Shown here one piece after another: positions 13,361-27,065 of a DNA stretch of 64,000 nucleotides. The stretch is from Octopus sinensis (taxonomy: Eukaryota), in contig NC_043011.1 of assembly GCF_006345805.1 (NCBI RefSeq), forward strand, positions 55,068,464-55,132,463, given 5' to 3'. Within the stretch, counting starts at the first letter, position 1, and every line of letters starts with the position of its first letter. The notes under the pieces were generated by a model, which did no database searches, had not been told where the DNA came from, and saw nothing but the letters and a program-made list of their open reading frames with translations. The translations under genes were made by a program, and so were the position numbers.

Positions 13361-13698
13361 CGGAGATGTACTTGCATAGCGAGTGACTTGATCTGAGATT
13401 GTGTGCTGGAACGAAAACAATTGTAGCGTGGAAGGTGTTTATAAGGCATTTAAGAAACACACAAAAACTGTTAGATTCACTTCAACATTTAAATTTGTCA
13501 AAATATTTTCGTCGCTTTGAGACCGTGACTTTTTCACTGACAAAAACTTGGTGATGCAGTACAAAGTTTTTGTCAGTGAACAGGTCACGGTCTCAAAGTG
13601 ACGAAAATATTTTGACAAATTAAATTTATATGTTGAAGTGAATCTAACAGTTTTTGTGTGTTTCTTAAATGGCTTATAAACACCTTCCACGCTATAAT
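13361..13698. mobile_element. Fold-back (palindromic) element flanked by a 14-bp direct repeat
   Basis: Near-perfect palindrome 13420-13698; TATAATAGTAACTA at 13347-13360 and 13693-13706. Confidence 0.75.
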
Positions 13699-13852
13699 AG
13701 TAACTATTATCTTGTTATAGAAATTTGCCTTATCAAAAATCCTGCTACTTGGCTTTCTATTAGCATTTTCTGTTCAATTTGTAGTGAATGATTGATACAA
13801 GAGTATATATATAATATATCAAGCTGAAAAGGATTTATTCTTTTCCCTATAG

Positions 13853-14000
13853 AAACCAACACTTCTTGGAAACAAAGTAGAAATGGCGATTACTAAACTT
13901 ATTGAGGCTAATGACACTTTGCTTCGGTTCGGAATTTGGTTTGAATATCCTGATGCCAGAGTCAGAGTCCAGGAGAAAATCCAGAAAAACAATGATTTAC
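13853..14000 (+). CDS. TMOD: Tropomodulin exon (KPTLLGNKVEMAITKLIEANDTLLRFGIWFEYPDARVRVQEKIQKNNDL)
   Basis: AG/GT bounded, phase 0 to 1; LGNKVEM..A..LE.N.TLL.FG and .NND motifs. Confidence 0.95.
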
Positions 14001-14830
14001 GTAAGCATTTCCATTCCTTTTTGTATTGGCTTCTCTTATTCTTAGAAGTGTGTGTATGCAGTAAATGTACTCAGTGTCTGTATCTGCATTTATGTATATT
14101 GGCAAAGGATGTTCATATCAGCATGAAAACTGGAAAACCAGTTTTTTGTTGAATGAAATTGATAACAGCTTAGAAATACTTTGTTGTTGTTGTCAAAAAT
14201 ATAGTGATTGGCCCTCAATGTGGCTGTTTTTCACTAATTCATCATCATCGTCGTCGATTAACGTCCATTTTCTTTGCTAGCATGGGTTGGACGGTTCGAC
14301 CGGGGTCTGCACCAGGCTCCAGTCTGATCTGGCAATGTTTCTACAGCTCAATGCCCTTCCTAACGCCAACCACTCCATGAGTGTAGTGGGTGCTTTTTAC
14401 GTGCCAGTGGAGGCTGGCAACGGCCACGATCGGTTGGTGCTTTTTATGTGCCACCAGCGCTGGCATCGGCCACATACAGATGGTGCTTTTTACGTGTCAC
14501 CGGCACGGAAGCCAGTCAAGGCGGCGCTGGCATCAGCCATGTACAGATGGTGCTTTTTACGTGCCAGGGGAGGCTGGCAACAGCCACGATCAGTTGGTGC
14601 TTTTTACATGCCACAGGCACAGAAGCCAGTCAAGGCAATTATTATATAAAATTCAATTAAATAAATAAAAATGTGAATATAATTGCTTAATAATAATAAT
14701 TTCAATAACAACTTCAGAAGAGTAAAGTCTTGTAAACAGTTTGTCTTAAAGGTGAATTGCTTTATTAATCCCACAAAAACTTTTCTGTTGTCTAAATGTT
14801 ATTTCACTAATTGTTTTCTTATTTTTACAG

Positions 14831-14865
14831 TTCGCCAAGCTCGTGTGGGCAAGAGTGACTCCTGA
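14831..14865 (+). CDS. TMOD: Tropomodulin terminal coding exon (LRQARVGKSDS*)
   Basis: tttttacag acceptor; phase 1 fits the previous exon; gives the NNDLLR..RV C-terminus; TGA at 14863-14865. Confidence 0.9.
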
Positions 14866-15719
14866 ATCCCTGAATGTAGCAGTAATTCCTGACTAAGTTC
14901 AGGTTAACTCTCTTCCTGTCATTGTCTTCTGTTGCTGCATTTGAGGTTTCCGTCTCCTCCTTCTGCTATATGGCTCTCTCCTTCCCCTCTTACATCTAGT
15001 GCTAATATTCTCTCTGTATATCTATATCTATATATATATATATCTCAGTATGTTTCACTGTGGTGGCTTACCTACTGTCGTCCACTCTGACAATGATAAG
15101 GATGATTGAGGTTGTCTGAATTGGACAGTTTTTACCAAGCACAGTAGCTTTAATTGACATCATCACCATCACAACAACAACAATAACAAAGATTCACAAC
15201 TCTACAAGGCTTTTGTTGTTGTTTCAACTACTTGGCCTCTCAATTTCTTGGCCAGAATATTTTCTTTCACCTTCCTTTCTATAAACTCTGCTTCAAGAGA
15301 CATATTCATTATCACAAAATAAATGCTCTAAAAAGAGAGAGACTCCCCCATCCTACCCAAATCTCTCTATCTCCTAAAAAAAAAACTAAAAAAAAAAAAA
15401 AAACAAAACAATCAAGGAAAGGACTTATACCTTTTATCAACCTTTAAAAATATAAGAAAAATATTATTGAAGCTTGGGCATTTAAGTGGCAAGCTGTCTA
15501 GAATTTTCGATATCTGTATCCAGTACTTTTGAAGTCAATAAAATTATATATATATATGTATGTATATATATATATATATATATATTCAATCTAGGTGGCT
15601 GGATTTTTATTATTGTCCATAGTAGTTACATAGTGACTCTATGTTTCAGCTTAGCATTGCCTACAGGTATATATAACAACTCATAAAGTTCACCTACTTC
15701 TATACACACACACGTTTAT

Positions 15720-15750
15720 ATATATGTATGTGTGTGTGTGTGTGTGTGTA

Positions 15751-15781
<31 letters not shown>

Positions 15782-16795
15782 GGATGCATGTATATGTCTA
15801 TATATATGTATATATATATGGATGCATGTATATGTCTATATATATGTATATATATATGGATTATGTATATGTCTATATATATATGTATATATATATATAT
15901 ATGTATATGGATGCATGTATATGTCTATATATATATATGGATGCATGTATATGTCTATATATATATATATAGATGCATGTATATGTCTATATATATATAT
16001 GGATGTATGTATATGTCTATATATATATATACATGTCTGTATATGTCTATATATATATATATGTATGTATATGTCTATATATATATATATGTCTATATAT
16101 ATACATGTATGTATATGTCTATATATATATATACATATATGTATGTATATGTCTATATATATATATATGTCTATATATATACATGTATGTATATGTCTAT
16201 ATATATATATACATACATGTATGTATATATGTGTATATATATGTGTGTGTATATTTATATACATATGTATGTATATATATAGATAGATGTGTGTGTGTGT
16301 GTGTGTGTATGTGTGTGTGTATATATATATATATATATGGATGCATGTATATGTCTATATATATGTATATATATATATATATGTATGTATATGTCTATAT
16401 ATATGTATATATATATGGATGTATGTATATGTCTATATATATATGTATATATATATATTATATATATATGGATGCATGTATATGTCTATATATATATATA
16501 TGGATGCATGTATATGTCTATATATATATATATAGATGCATGTATATGTCTATATATATATATGGATGTATGTATATGTCTATATATATATATACATGTC
16601 TGTATATGTCTATATATATACATGTATGTATATGTCTATATATATATATGTCTATATATATACATGTATGTATATGTCTATATATATATATACACACATG
16701 TATGTATATATGTGTATATATATGTGTGTGTGTATATTTATATACATATGTATGTATATATATATAGATAGATGTGTGTGTGTGTGTGTGTGTGC
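15720..16795. repeat. Compound TA-rich minisatellite, duplicated as two blocks of about 0.5-0.56 kb
   Basis: Unit about GGATGCATGTATATGTCTATATAT; blocks start at (TG)n near 15724 and 16287 and repeat the same order of variants. Confidence 0.9.
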
Positions 16796-17020
16796 TGCAA
16801 AAACAAATATATTTGTCTCCAGTTGATTTCTTGCATTCTTTTGCTTTCGCTTATTATTTCCAATTTCAGTATTTTTCTCAAAAATGATTTTTTCCTATTA
16901 AAAATTTCCTCTGATCTTACAAAAGTTACAAAGCAATTTTTTTTTTAAAAGCTGTCATGATAATGATGACGATGAGGATAATGATTGATTCCTATATACG
17001 TACTTATAATTTAGAAAGGG

Positions 17021-17059
<39 letters not shown>

Positions 17060-17093
17060 TATATATATGTTTGTGTGTCTGTGCTGATGTATA

Positions 17094-17133
<40 letters not shown>

Positions 17134-17766
17134 TTCTATAATCTCGCAAATGTAATGAAATATTATATGCATGTGCCTTTTTTTTCTTAATGCTTTGTGT
17201 ATATGTGTTTATATACACACAGCAGTGTCTGTGTGTGTTTGTATGTACACATACACATGCTCACACACATACACTCTCTAGTTGAACAATGTGAAGCTGC
17301 AAGTATCGTGGTTCTGTTGCCTTTGCTCGTCAACACAAGGCCCCACAAAATTAAGCCCAGTTTGTTTGCTTCGTTATTTACGTCTGTTGCAACTGAGGAG
17401 ATGACAGCCAGTCATTCATTCCAGTTATAGCACTTCATATATATATATATATATACATACATACATTCATGTGCGCACATATATACACACACACACACAC
17501 TCACACCTATGTGTGTGAGTGTGTGTAATACATACACACAGGTACTCTCTGCATTGCAGAAGCATTTGCATTCTTAAAAATCCCATCAGAACACAGAATT
17601 CTGTAGAAGTCATTTTCTTTTTGGTTTTGGAAATCAATGGAAAAATAGTTTTGCATAACAGACTTTATATTATGGCAAGATTTTCAGGGATACAACACTT
17701 CTATAACACAGGGAATACCTATATATATATATATATACATACATGCATACACATATGTAATTCATT

Positions 17767-17814
<48 letters not shown>

Positions 17815-17890
17815 AATGGTATATAACTACCCCCATTTAGATATGTGTATTGATTCAAATGTGTTTGATTGTGAATGTGTATATATGCAT

Positions 17891-17923
<33 letters not shown>

Positions 17924-20339
17924 TATATATATAATATACTAAAACTATGATTCTACTGATGTATACATGTGTGTGTGTAGAAATATATATGTACTCGTCA
18001 TATACACCCAGATAATTCAGAGTATATATTTTATATGTGGCCCTACTTTTTTTTATCCTCTTCCTCCTGTTTTTTTTATTATTTTTGTTTCAGTATATTC
18101 ATGTCTGTCTCATTTCCGTTGACAATTATTGAAGGAAAATAAATATAAATAAAATGCTACATCCTCTGGTCTGTGGTTTGTTGCTAAACTTGTGTGAAAG
18201 GGGTTTTCATTTCATGCATTTTAATTGTATCTTATTTCATGTGTAATATCTAAAGTTCTCATGTCTTTTGTATTCTTTCTTGGTTCAATGCATTTTACTG
18301 GGAGGTCACTACACCGTTGTCCATTTTTCCTCTCTTCTAACATGTAACACCCGCTTGCAATATTTTTCTCTACTGATAAGCTCTTTTTATGTGAAACTAC
18401 TTCATGGAAAATACAAAAATAATTCTCTGTAAATTAAAATCTTAAACTTTTTTGAAAACATTGTTGACAAGCCCACTTCTTGTGTAGGAATATATATGCA
18501 GTGATGTGCGTTTGAACATATTTCATCATCATCATCATCGTTTAGCGTCCGCTTTCCATGCTAGCATGGGTTGGACGGTTCAACTGGGGTCTGTGAAGCC
18601 AGAAGGCTGCATCAGGCTTGTGTATATAAATGTATATCTTTATGTGTGACTATCTAAATACAAACACACATGGATGAATGTGAATGTGTGTGAAGGCATC
18701 TGTGATATCGTGACTGCTAACTTGTCACTTAAGTGCTGTTGCTTACACAGAGGAAAGAAATTATTTGAAGTATAAATAAGGATTTCTCTGTTAAAATGTG
18801 TTTTATTGTCTAATTTTAGAAGAGGTCAAAAAGGCTTTCTTTAGTATTTCTATGTCAATAGTTTGGATTAAGTTTCTTGTTCCATAACTTTCCAGCTACT
18901 ACAGAGTATTGATATTTGAGTAGATGATTGCTTCTTTAGATATTTACCAAATAAACATCAGGGGAAATCCTTTGGTCTTGTCAGTATGGAGTATTCATTG
19001 GAACATCATCAAAGTACATATTGTTTGGACTGAAAAATAGACAAAATGAAATTCAATCACCTCATGATATTACACACTGTATTTTTCCCACCAAAATCAA
19101 GTTAAATTTAGAGATTCATCATATAATGTACGATATTAAGTTGCAAAGATTTTCTCTGTCTGTTCTTAGTAAGAAAAAACACATTATTATTATTTATAAT
19201 TATATAAAAGTGACAAGCTGGCAGAATCGTTAACATGCCAGGCAAAATGCTTAGCAGCATTTCATGTCTTTCTGTTCTGAGTTCAAATTCTGCCATGGTC
19301 AACTTTGCCTTTCATCTTTTCAGGGTTGATAAATTAAGTTACCAGTGATACACTGGGACTGACCTAATCAACTAGTTCCCCCCTCCAAAATTTCATGCCT
19401 TGTGCCTAAAGTTAAAATTATCATCATCGTTTAGCGTCCGCTGGATGCCCTTCCTAACGCCAACCACTCCATGAGTGTAGTGGGTGCTTTTTACATGCCA
19501 CCGGCATGGGGTCCAAGCGAGGCTGGCAACGGCCACGATTGGATGGTGCTTTTTACGTGTCACCGGCACGAGGCCAGTCGGGGCGGCGCTGGCAACAGCC
19601 ACGTTCGGATACATGAAATTAAATATTAAAGACTAATATATTGGGTCATAATAGATGATCTCTCCTGTAACACTGCTTTCTACCTGGTATTAGAAGTGGT
19701 TTACTATCGTTAAGACCTCAAAATCAAGATGTATTTCATGTGTGCTTTTAGGATTTTTCAAACAGGTTTAGGACATTTTTTTTCTTATACTATAGTGAGG
19801 CAAGCAGAAGAGATGCTTGTTGGTTATGGAAAAAGAGAAAGGAGCTCAGCTGGAAAACAGGAGGGGATTAAGGGGTCAGGATCAAAATACCCAATGAACA
19901 GCCAACATTGTCTGATATCATCAGCTCCTTCTGACCAGGGCCACAGTCAGTATATGGCCCTTTATGTTCAAATCCTTCCAAGATAGTCTTTGCCTTTCTG
20001 CTTTCCAGGGTTAGAATAAATTAGCAATCAATCGACAGTGAATTCAGTGGCACGTGCCGTAAGTGCAAGTGTGAAGAGGCACAGAATTTATGACATTATT
20101 TTAGGTCTGCCTAATAGGGGATAATTAATTCTTTATGTTAATGTCATTAAGTAAGGTAATGAGTGTCAAAACAAATAATGAAAACAATTCAGCAGAGGAG
20201 TGTCAACAGTTTTCTAATTCTGCTGGCAAAGCAATGAACTAAAGCCTATCATATTTATTGATGACAGCAACCCACAGCAGACATAGATTAGTATTGGAGT
20301 CTTAGAACTATGCTCATCCTTCTCCAGGGTACCAAAGCC

Positions 20340-20391
20340 TTAAGACAGTACTAGGGATAGGGAGACCCAGAGGTGTCTTTCTACTGAGACA
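20340..20391 (-). CDS. Candidate terminal coding exon of the minus-strand membrane-protein gene (VSVERHLWVSLSLVLS*)
   Basis: Acceptor gtgttttcag; phase-2 reading reaches TAA at 20342-20340; AATAAA about 80 nt further downstream on minus. Confidence 0.4.
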
Positions 20392-21825
20392 CTGAAAACA
20401 CATGCTAAAACACCGTGTTTAACTTTGTAGCAGTAATTAAGAGAATTTATATTTGGCAAAAGATTCAGAGTAATGCATAATTAAATGTCCTTCTCGGGGA
20501 CATAAGAGGTTGAAACTCAAGATCCCCAAGTTGCTAGGATGATAATCTATCCACTTGGCTTCTTCAATAGCAACTCAATATAACAGCCATCTTTATAAAT
20601 TTCCCAATAGTGTTACTGGGATTGGAGACAATAAGGGTAGTTCACTCTGACTGATGCTTTTATGGGGCATCATTTTAGGGACTGCTATATGGGGGTGGGG
20701 ATGCAAAGGGAATAATTGATTATATTGACCTCTGGTACTTTTTATTTTAACAATCTCAGAAAGATGAATGGCAAATTTAAGCTCAGTGAGGTTTGCATTG
20801 AGAATATAAAGAGCAGGAATAAAAACTAAGATATTTTGTTTAGTGATTCTCATACTTGACTACCTTAACAGTTGGATGATTTGACTGTGGGCTGGCGAAC
20901 CAGATGGCTGCACCAGGCTCCAGTCTTGATCTGGCAGGGTTTCTACAGCTGGATGCCCTTCCTAACACCAACCACTCCGAGTGTGTAGTGGGTGCTTTTA
21001 CGTGCCACCGGCATGGGGGCCAGTCAGGCGGTACTGGCAAAGTTAAAATACAAAGAACTCTTTTGTATATAGTCATCATCATCATTCTTTGGGTCAGATG
21101 GAATTTGAGGAAGCAAATTTCTATGGCTGGTTCCTCTTCTTCTTGCTAACACTCACCTATTTCCAACTAAGATATTTTTATCCCATAACTGGGCATGTTT
21201 TCTCAGAAGACTGGAACGAACAGCATCATTTGTATCATAGTGATGCTACAACTAACATTTATGTCAAGACACACGTGCATACATATACATAAAAACTGGC
21301 CCTCGTGCTGGTGATATGTAAAAGCACCTACTACACTCTCGGAGTGGTTGGCGTTAGGAAGGGCATCCAGCTGTAGAAACTCTGCCAGATCAGATTGGAG
21401 TCTGGTTTGCCAGACCTCAGTCAAATCGTCCAACCCATGCTAGCATGGAAAGCAGACGTTAAATGATGATATGATAGGCGTCTTTCCGTTTCACTCTATG
21501 AAATCCACTCACAAGGCTTTGGTTGTCTCAGAGCTATTATAGAAGACTATTGAATACATTCAGCTGAGTGTATATCATGGATTAAGATCATTAATCACTG
21601 ATCTATAGCATGCTGCACCAACACCTTTGCTCCAAATTATTTCATAGCTTTTCATAAGAATTTCATTTTGTTTAGTTATGCTCCAAACTACAGCTAATTA
21701 ATGAAAGAGTTTATTTATTAAATCCCTTCAAATTCTTGATTATTTTCAAAGTTAATTGAAACATTCAGGTATTTCAAGAGAAATATGGTAATGGAAAAAG
21801 GAACGGAACCTAACAGAATACTTAC

Positions 21826-21870
21826 ACTGGCTTCCAAAGAAATGGATCCCTTCCTTGACGGAGAGCATGC
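21826..21870 (-). CDS. 45-nt phase 2-2 exon (HALRQGRDPFLWKP)
   Basis: Strong acceptor ctcctgtttcttttaatccag, donor GTAAGT, length a multiple of 3. Confidence 0.65.
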
Positions 21871-24714
21871 CTGGATTAAAAGAAACAGGAGAGTTTTATT
21901 TATTTATACACACAAACACACATAAAAGTCTCTTATTTTCCAGTGATTACAATTAATGTTGCCATTCTAATGATGGCTTCTACTGGAGAATCAGCAAGGA
22001 CCCCTCATTCTAACATTGAATCATAGTTTTATATTCTTTTTAATATGACTTCTTAAATTAATGTTTTTGTGTCTTCATATATAAATGCATAATTGCTCTT
22101 CGGTCCTGAGTTAATTGGCAATAAATTCATTTTATATATATAGTTTACTGTTCCATTAAGGTAGGATCAGTGACGCAAGCCACATCAGAGGAGTCTACCT
22201 CACCTCATGTCTCAATGAGTAGCTCTTATTTAAATAGTCTACATTAAATGATATATGTTTATATGGACATATATATATATATATACACATGTATTTTCAT
22301 ATATAATAGGATATAAACAATTTACATATTTATACACAAAAGAGGTGACCTTTGACAGAACACCTTATATGCTACAAAGGGCAGTTAAAGCCCAAACCAT
22401 GAATAAGACCAATTTCAAAGGGAATGAAAAAATATTTTTGTAGTTACCCTCAGACTCGAGTTTTTGTATCAATGTGCAGTGAGGGTGCAAAAATTAATGC
22501 ATATCTATACACCAAAGAACACCGAAAATACACGTGCTACACACTTTTACTTTATAATTTTCAAATCCACAGCACAAGCGCAGTTAACATTCAGCAGCAA
22601 ATAATAAAACAAATTATAAATGCATACCAGAAAGGCTTTGAAACTACGAAAATTTTACTGTGAAAATAATAAGGGTAGAAAATTTAGAAAAATTTGCATA
22701 CCGGTGGCTAGTATGCATAATAAAAGTCAATAGACTATGATGCATGCTAGCCACCAGTATGAAAATTTTTATAAATTTTCTACCCTTATTATTTTCACAG
22801 TATATACACATGTAATGTAATGTAACAGTCAAAGCCACTTACTATGAATACTCTGGGACCATTTTCACTCATTGCTGATAATATTAAGCAAACAGAGTCT
22901 GGGAGAATAATTTTGATAACAATAACTACTTCACAAGCTTCCTAATTATAACAACTCCCATTGTGTTACACCTACATTTATTAAACTGAAGTATTTTATT
23001 GTTAGACTAGCAGAGACACCCAGTGTTGCTCAGGTTTAAAACAGCATAGTTTGTATATTATACTACAGTCATGTTGAAACAGGTGATACAGGAATGCGCA
23101 GCATTGATGACAAAACATTTTGTGGAGTAAATGTTGCATAAATGACAATAGCAAGCCAATTTGGACAGAATTATCAATTTTATGAGAATGGGATGGATCT
23201 TATCTGAAAGCAACTCCAGGTGTTGTGAAGAAGGAATTTCTATGTGGTATGTTTCTGAGAGCTATTCTATTGGACCTCTGTGTAATCTGGTGTGCTAAAC
23301 ATTGTTTTACTGATTCAACATTAAGTGGTGCAGCATGGCCTTTGCTGATCTTGAGAAAGTCTCCCCTCCCTTCTGTCTTGAGACTCCATCTGACATGCTG
23401 CACCGTGCCTTTGCTGATGTTGAGAAAGTCTCAGGTCCCTTATCTCTTGAAACTTTCACCTTCAGTTTTCTGCACTCCTCCTTGCTTTACAGGTATTTCT
23501 GGAGAGATAATGTTTTTCCTTTGACTTTTTTTTTTCAATATTCTAAACAAAAAATTTTGTACGTAGGAAAAAATATACATTAATCTCTATTTTAGTAGGC
23601 AGTATAAATTAACCAAATATAAGCAAATTGTAAATACCTTACAATTGCTGCGATAATTATGAACTATAGATGTGTATTTTTATATAACTTGGACCTTCCA
23701 CGTAATTATTTTTTGTCAATAGTTTGTGTAGAGGTATGTGTGTATTTAATAACATAATAGATGATCTGCTTGGAGAAGGCAATTCAGTTCACTATAGAAT
23801 GATTCCTTTGTAACAATCAGCATGAAAAAGGTTGCAGCATTGATGCTAATGATGGTTGCACACTTGCTGTCTTGTACAAGCCAAACAGACATGATGTGAT
23901 CAGAGTGTCCAAAGGCCCTGAAGCTAGGAAACAGTGGCATTCTTTATCATAAAGCCAACTCTAGACAGCCTTCATTTATTCTTTAGCCTCTATATTGTGG
24001 TTTGTTTCTCTTTCACTTTCTTTTTCTGCAGCAGGCCAACCAGGTGGGGGTTGATGCAAGGTTAAGAAATTTTAATTTCTTATATATGTTGATGACATCC
24101 CATTTATAGGAATAGGGAAACAGAAATGGGATTATAACTGGCTTCCGTGCCAGTGGATCGTAAAAGGGCACCATTCGAGCATGATTGTTACCAACGTTGC
24201 CTTACTGGCACCTGTGCTGGTGGCATGTATAAAAGATTCGAGTGAGGTCGTTGCCAGTACTGCCTGACTGGCACGTAAAAAGCACCCACTACACTCTCAG
24301 AGTGGTTGGCATGAGGAAGGGCATCCATCAGCTGTAGAGACTCTGCCAAATCAAGATTGGAGCCTGGTGCAGCCATCTGGTTCGCCAGCCCTCAGTCAAA
24401 ATCGTCCAACCCATGCTAGCATGGAAAGCGGACGTTAAACGATGATGATGATTCATTTCCCAAAGTAATTTGTGGTCTCAGTGAAGCTGATACATCATGA
24501 AAACAAAATTCGTCTTGGCTTGCTATAGAGAGGAAGGTAGGGTTATAGAGTGGTATTAATGAAGAAGGACTAGTTTATATAATGAAAGTGTTAAGATGTA
24601 TAGAGAAACTCTATGAACCGAATGCAATATTAACATGAGCAATAATATTAATATGAGTCTGGATGAATAGAAAGAACAACAACAGCAATAAAGAATTGGA
24701 TTTTGCTTACTTAC

Positions 24715-24744
24715 ACATTGATTTCATCAAACTTGTATTTATCA
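24715..24744 (-). CDS. 30-nt phase 2-2 microexon (DKYKFDEIN)
   Basis: Strong acceptor ttttttctttctcttcag, donor GTAAGT; phase 0 would begin with TGA. Confidence 0.7.
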
Positions 24745-24974
24745 CTGAAGAGAAAGAAAAAACAGCAACAAAAATAAATCATTAAAGGTGAGTAAAATAA
24801 AGAAAACATTATTAAAGGTGAGTGAACTGCAATTTTGCATTAATGCGGATTTGTTTCTGTCTGATGGGATTTGATTAGATTTGTTCTGCACTCTGTCCCT
24901 CTCAAGTTATCTTAATCCTTTAATTTGAATTTGTAACCTTTCTAACTACATTATTAGGGTGGTTTAACCATCAT

Positions 24975-25160
24975 ATTAAGAGAATCTGGCTTCCAAACCC
25001 AAATTTCTGCTTTAGAGGTGGGTGCAAGAGGGTTTGTGGGCAAATCTGCTCATGATCTCATGAAATAGCTCTCAATTTCTATGAGAAAGAGAACTGGAAC
25101 TCTTAAGACAATGGCAGATGCAGCTGAGATGAGTTCCAACTGGATCTGGCCAAAAGGGAA
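24975..25160 (+). mobile_element. RLE-type non-LTR retrotransposon (HERO-like) C-terminal fragment
   Basis: LEVGARGFVGKSAHDLMK*LSISMRKRTGTLKTMADAAEMSSNWIW. Confidence 0.7.
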
Positions 25161-25587
25161 ATGCAAGATAACATCAAATGCATCATTTACCTTAAAGAGT
25201 ACTGTCCTTGTTTTGATTGTTAGAGTCCCAAAGTTGTGGAAGTTGGATGCTCTAGCATTCTCATGCTGCCTGTCATATTTGGTAATGTTCAGAGAATTTC
25301 AGACTAAACCCTTTCTTAAACTTACAAATACAGATTGCTCTCATTATCATAGAGCAAGTTTTCAAAGTCCAACATTTTTGCTGATTCTTTGATAACCTCC
25401 TTAGTTGGCCAAGCATTGAGATGACCACCACCTGGGAACCTCTAACTCATCAAAACAACTTTCAGACAAAGGCTAAATAAAAATTGGGCTCTAAGCACCA
25501 AATTCTTATCAATTAATTGTTCTATAGGATAATAGAATAACAAGCAGAGGGTTGCTTAAATGTCTCATGTTAAGTGCACTTGTTTAC

Positions 25588-25611
25588 CTAGGGAGTGTCA
25601 GGCAAGTTAAT
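25588..25611 (-). CDS. Candidate 24-nt phase 2-2 microexon (LTCLTLP)
   Basis: tatag acceptor, AG/GTAAAC donor, frame-preserving. Confidence 0.4.
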   Translation of the reverse strand: MNLPDTP

Positions 25612-26039
25612 CTATATAATGTATATAAATCATTTATATTTATAAAGCACCATCCGAACGTGGCCGACGCCAGTGCCGCCCTAACTGGCTTCCGTGTCGG
25701 TGGCACGTAAAAAGCACCAACCGATCTTGGCCGTTGCCAGCCTCCACTGGCATGTAAAAAGCACCCACTACACTCTTAGAGTGGTTGGCGTTAGAAGGGC
25801 ATGCAGCTGTAGAAACACTGCCGGATGAGACTGGAGCCTGGTACAGCCTCCTGGTTCCCAGACCCCGGTCAAACTGTCCAACCCATGCTAGCATGGAAAA
25901 CGGACGTTAAACGATGATGATGATGATGTTGTTCATATATATTCTTTTGCCAATCCACTAAGTTACAGGGATGGAAACACACCAACATCGGTTGTCAAGC
26001 GATGGTGGGTGGGTGGGTTAAACACAAACATAAATATAT

Positions 26040-27065
26040 ATGAATGGGAGGAGGAGAGCCTGCCAAATGTTGATCCAGTAGAGGGACCAGCTGTCTGAAC
26101 AGACAGCACCCTAGTAGATAAAGCAATTAAGGGTATGAAGCCAGGAAAAGCCCCTGGCCCATCAGGAATCACTGCTGAGATGCTTAAAACATCTGGTGGT
26201 GTGGGCTATGGTTAGTTACCTGTATTGTGAACCAGGTAGTTCATGATCGAGTCATACCCAATGACTGGCGTAGCAGCACCATAGTCGACTGCTATAAAAG
26301 TTTTGAATTCCTCTGTGATGCTTTAGATAGAAATAAGTACAGGGGTATCAAACTGCTGGATCAGATGATGATGGTCATAGCCCAACTAATTAGGGAGAGA
26401 GTCTGCTTAGATGATGTGAAGTTCGGTTTTGTGCCAGGTAGAAGCACCACTGATGCTATATTTCTGGTACAGCAACTGCAGGAGAAATACCTAACCAAAG
26501 ATAAACGCCTATATTTGGCTTTTGTGGACTTGGAGAAAGCCTTTGACAGGGTCCTCCAATCCCTTATCTGGTGGGTGATGCAGGAACTGGGGATTGACGA
26601 ATGGTTTAAGTGCTGTACAGGCCCTATACAGAGATACCGTTAATAGGGTTAGGATTCGAAATGAGTATAGTGAAGAATTCCAGGTAGAAGTAGGGATCCA
26701 CCAAGGATCAACCCTCAGCCCCCTCTTATTCATCATAGTCCTCCAGGCAATAACAGAGGAATTCAAGACAGGTTGCCCCTGGGAGCTCCTTCCTCTATGC
26801 TGATGACCTGGCCCTCATGTGGAAGCAAGGTTTAGAATCGAAGGGCCTTAGAGTCAATATTGCAAAGACCAAAGTTCTAGTAAGCAGGAAGGCAAACACA
26901 TCACAGACCCTTTCATGTAGGTGGCCCTGCTCGATCTGTAGAAAAGGCGTAGGTAGAAACTCCATAAGATGTACCCAGTGTAAGCTATGGACACATAAGA
27001 GGTGCTGAAACATCAAAGGAAGATTAACCAGGAAGATGGCTTTCATGTGCAGAGGGACGTGCATA
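26040..27065 (+). mobile_element. RTE-clade LINE RT fragment with C-terminal Cys-rich finger
   Basis: KAPGPSGITAEML, YRGIKLL, QFG-like KFGFVPGRSTTDAIF, AFVDLEKAFDRV, GIHQGSTLSPLLF, YADD, CSICRKGVGRNSIRCTQCKLWTHKRC; frameshifted. Confidence 0.9.

Noticed and set aside
13883-14152. ORF reading through the tropomodulin donor at 14001
   Set aside because: Consensus GTAAG donor and a phase-compatible downstream exon explain the true C-terminus; the read-through peptide is intron-like.
15724-16826. Cluster of long ORFs (up to 264 aa) rich in Y/I/M/C/V
   Set aside because: Translations of TA/TG microsatellite, open in most frames; no coding signal. The same applies to ORFs at 38110-38567, 52514-53433, 54955-55479 and 60264-60960.
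20593-20853. 86-aa Pro-rich minus-strand ORF as an alternative last exon
   Set aside because: The available acceptor gives phase 1, not the phase 2 required by the exon chain.
23200-23524. Overlapping ORFs with an internal direct repeat of about 40 bp
   Set aside because: Stops in the phase required by the gene model; probably decayed transposon sequence that I could not assign.
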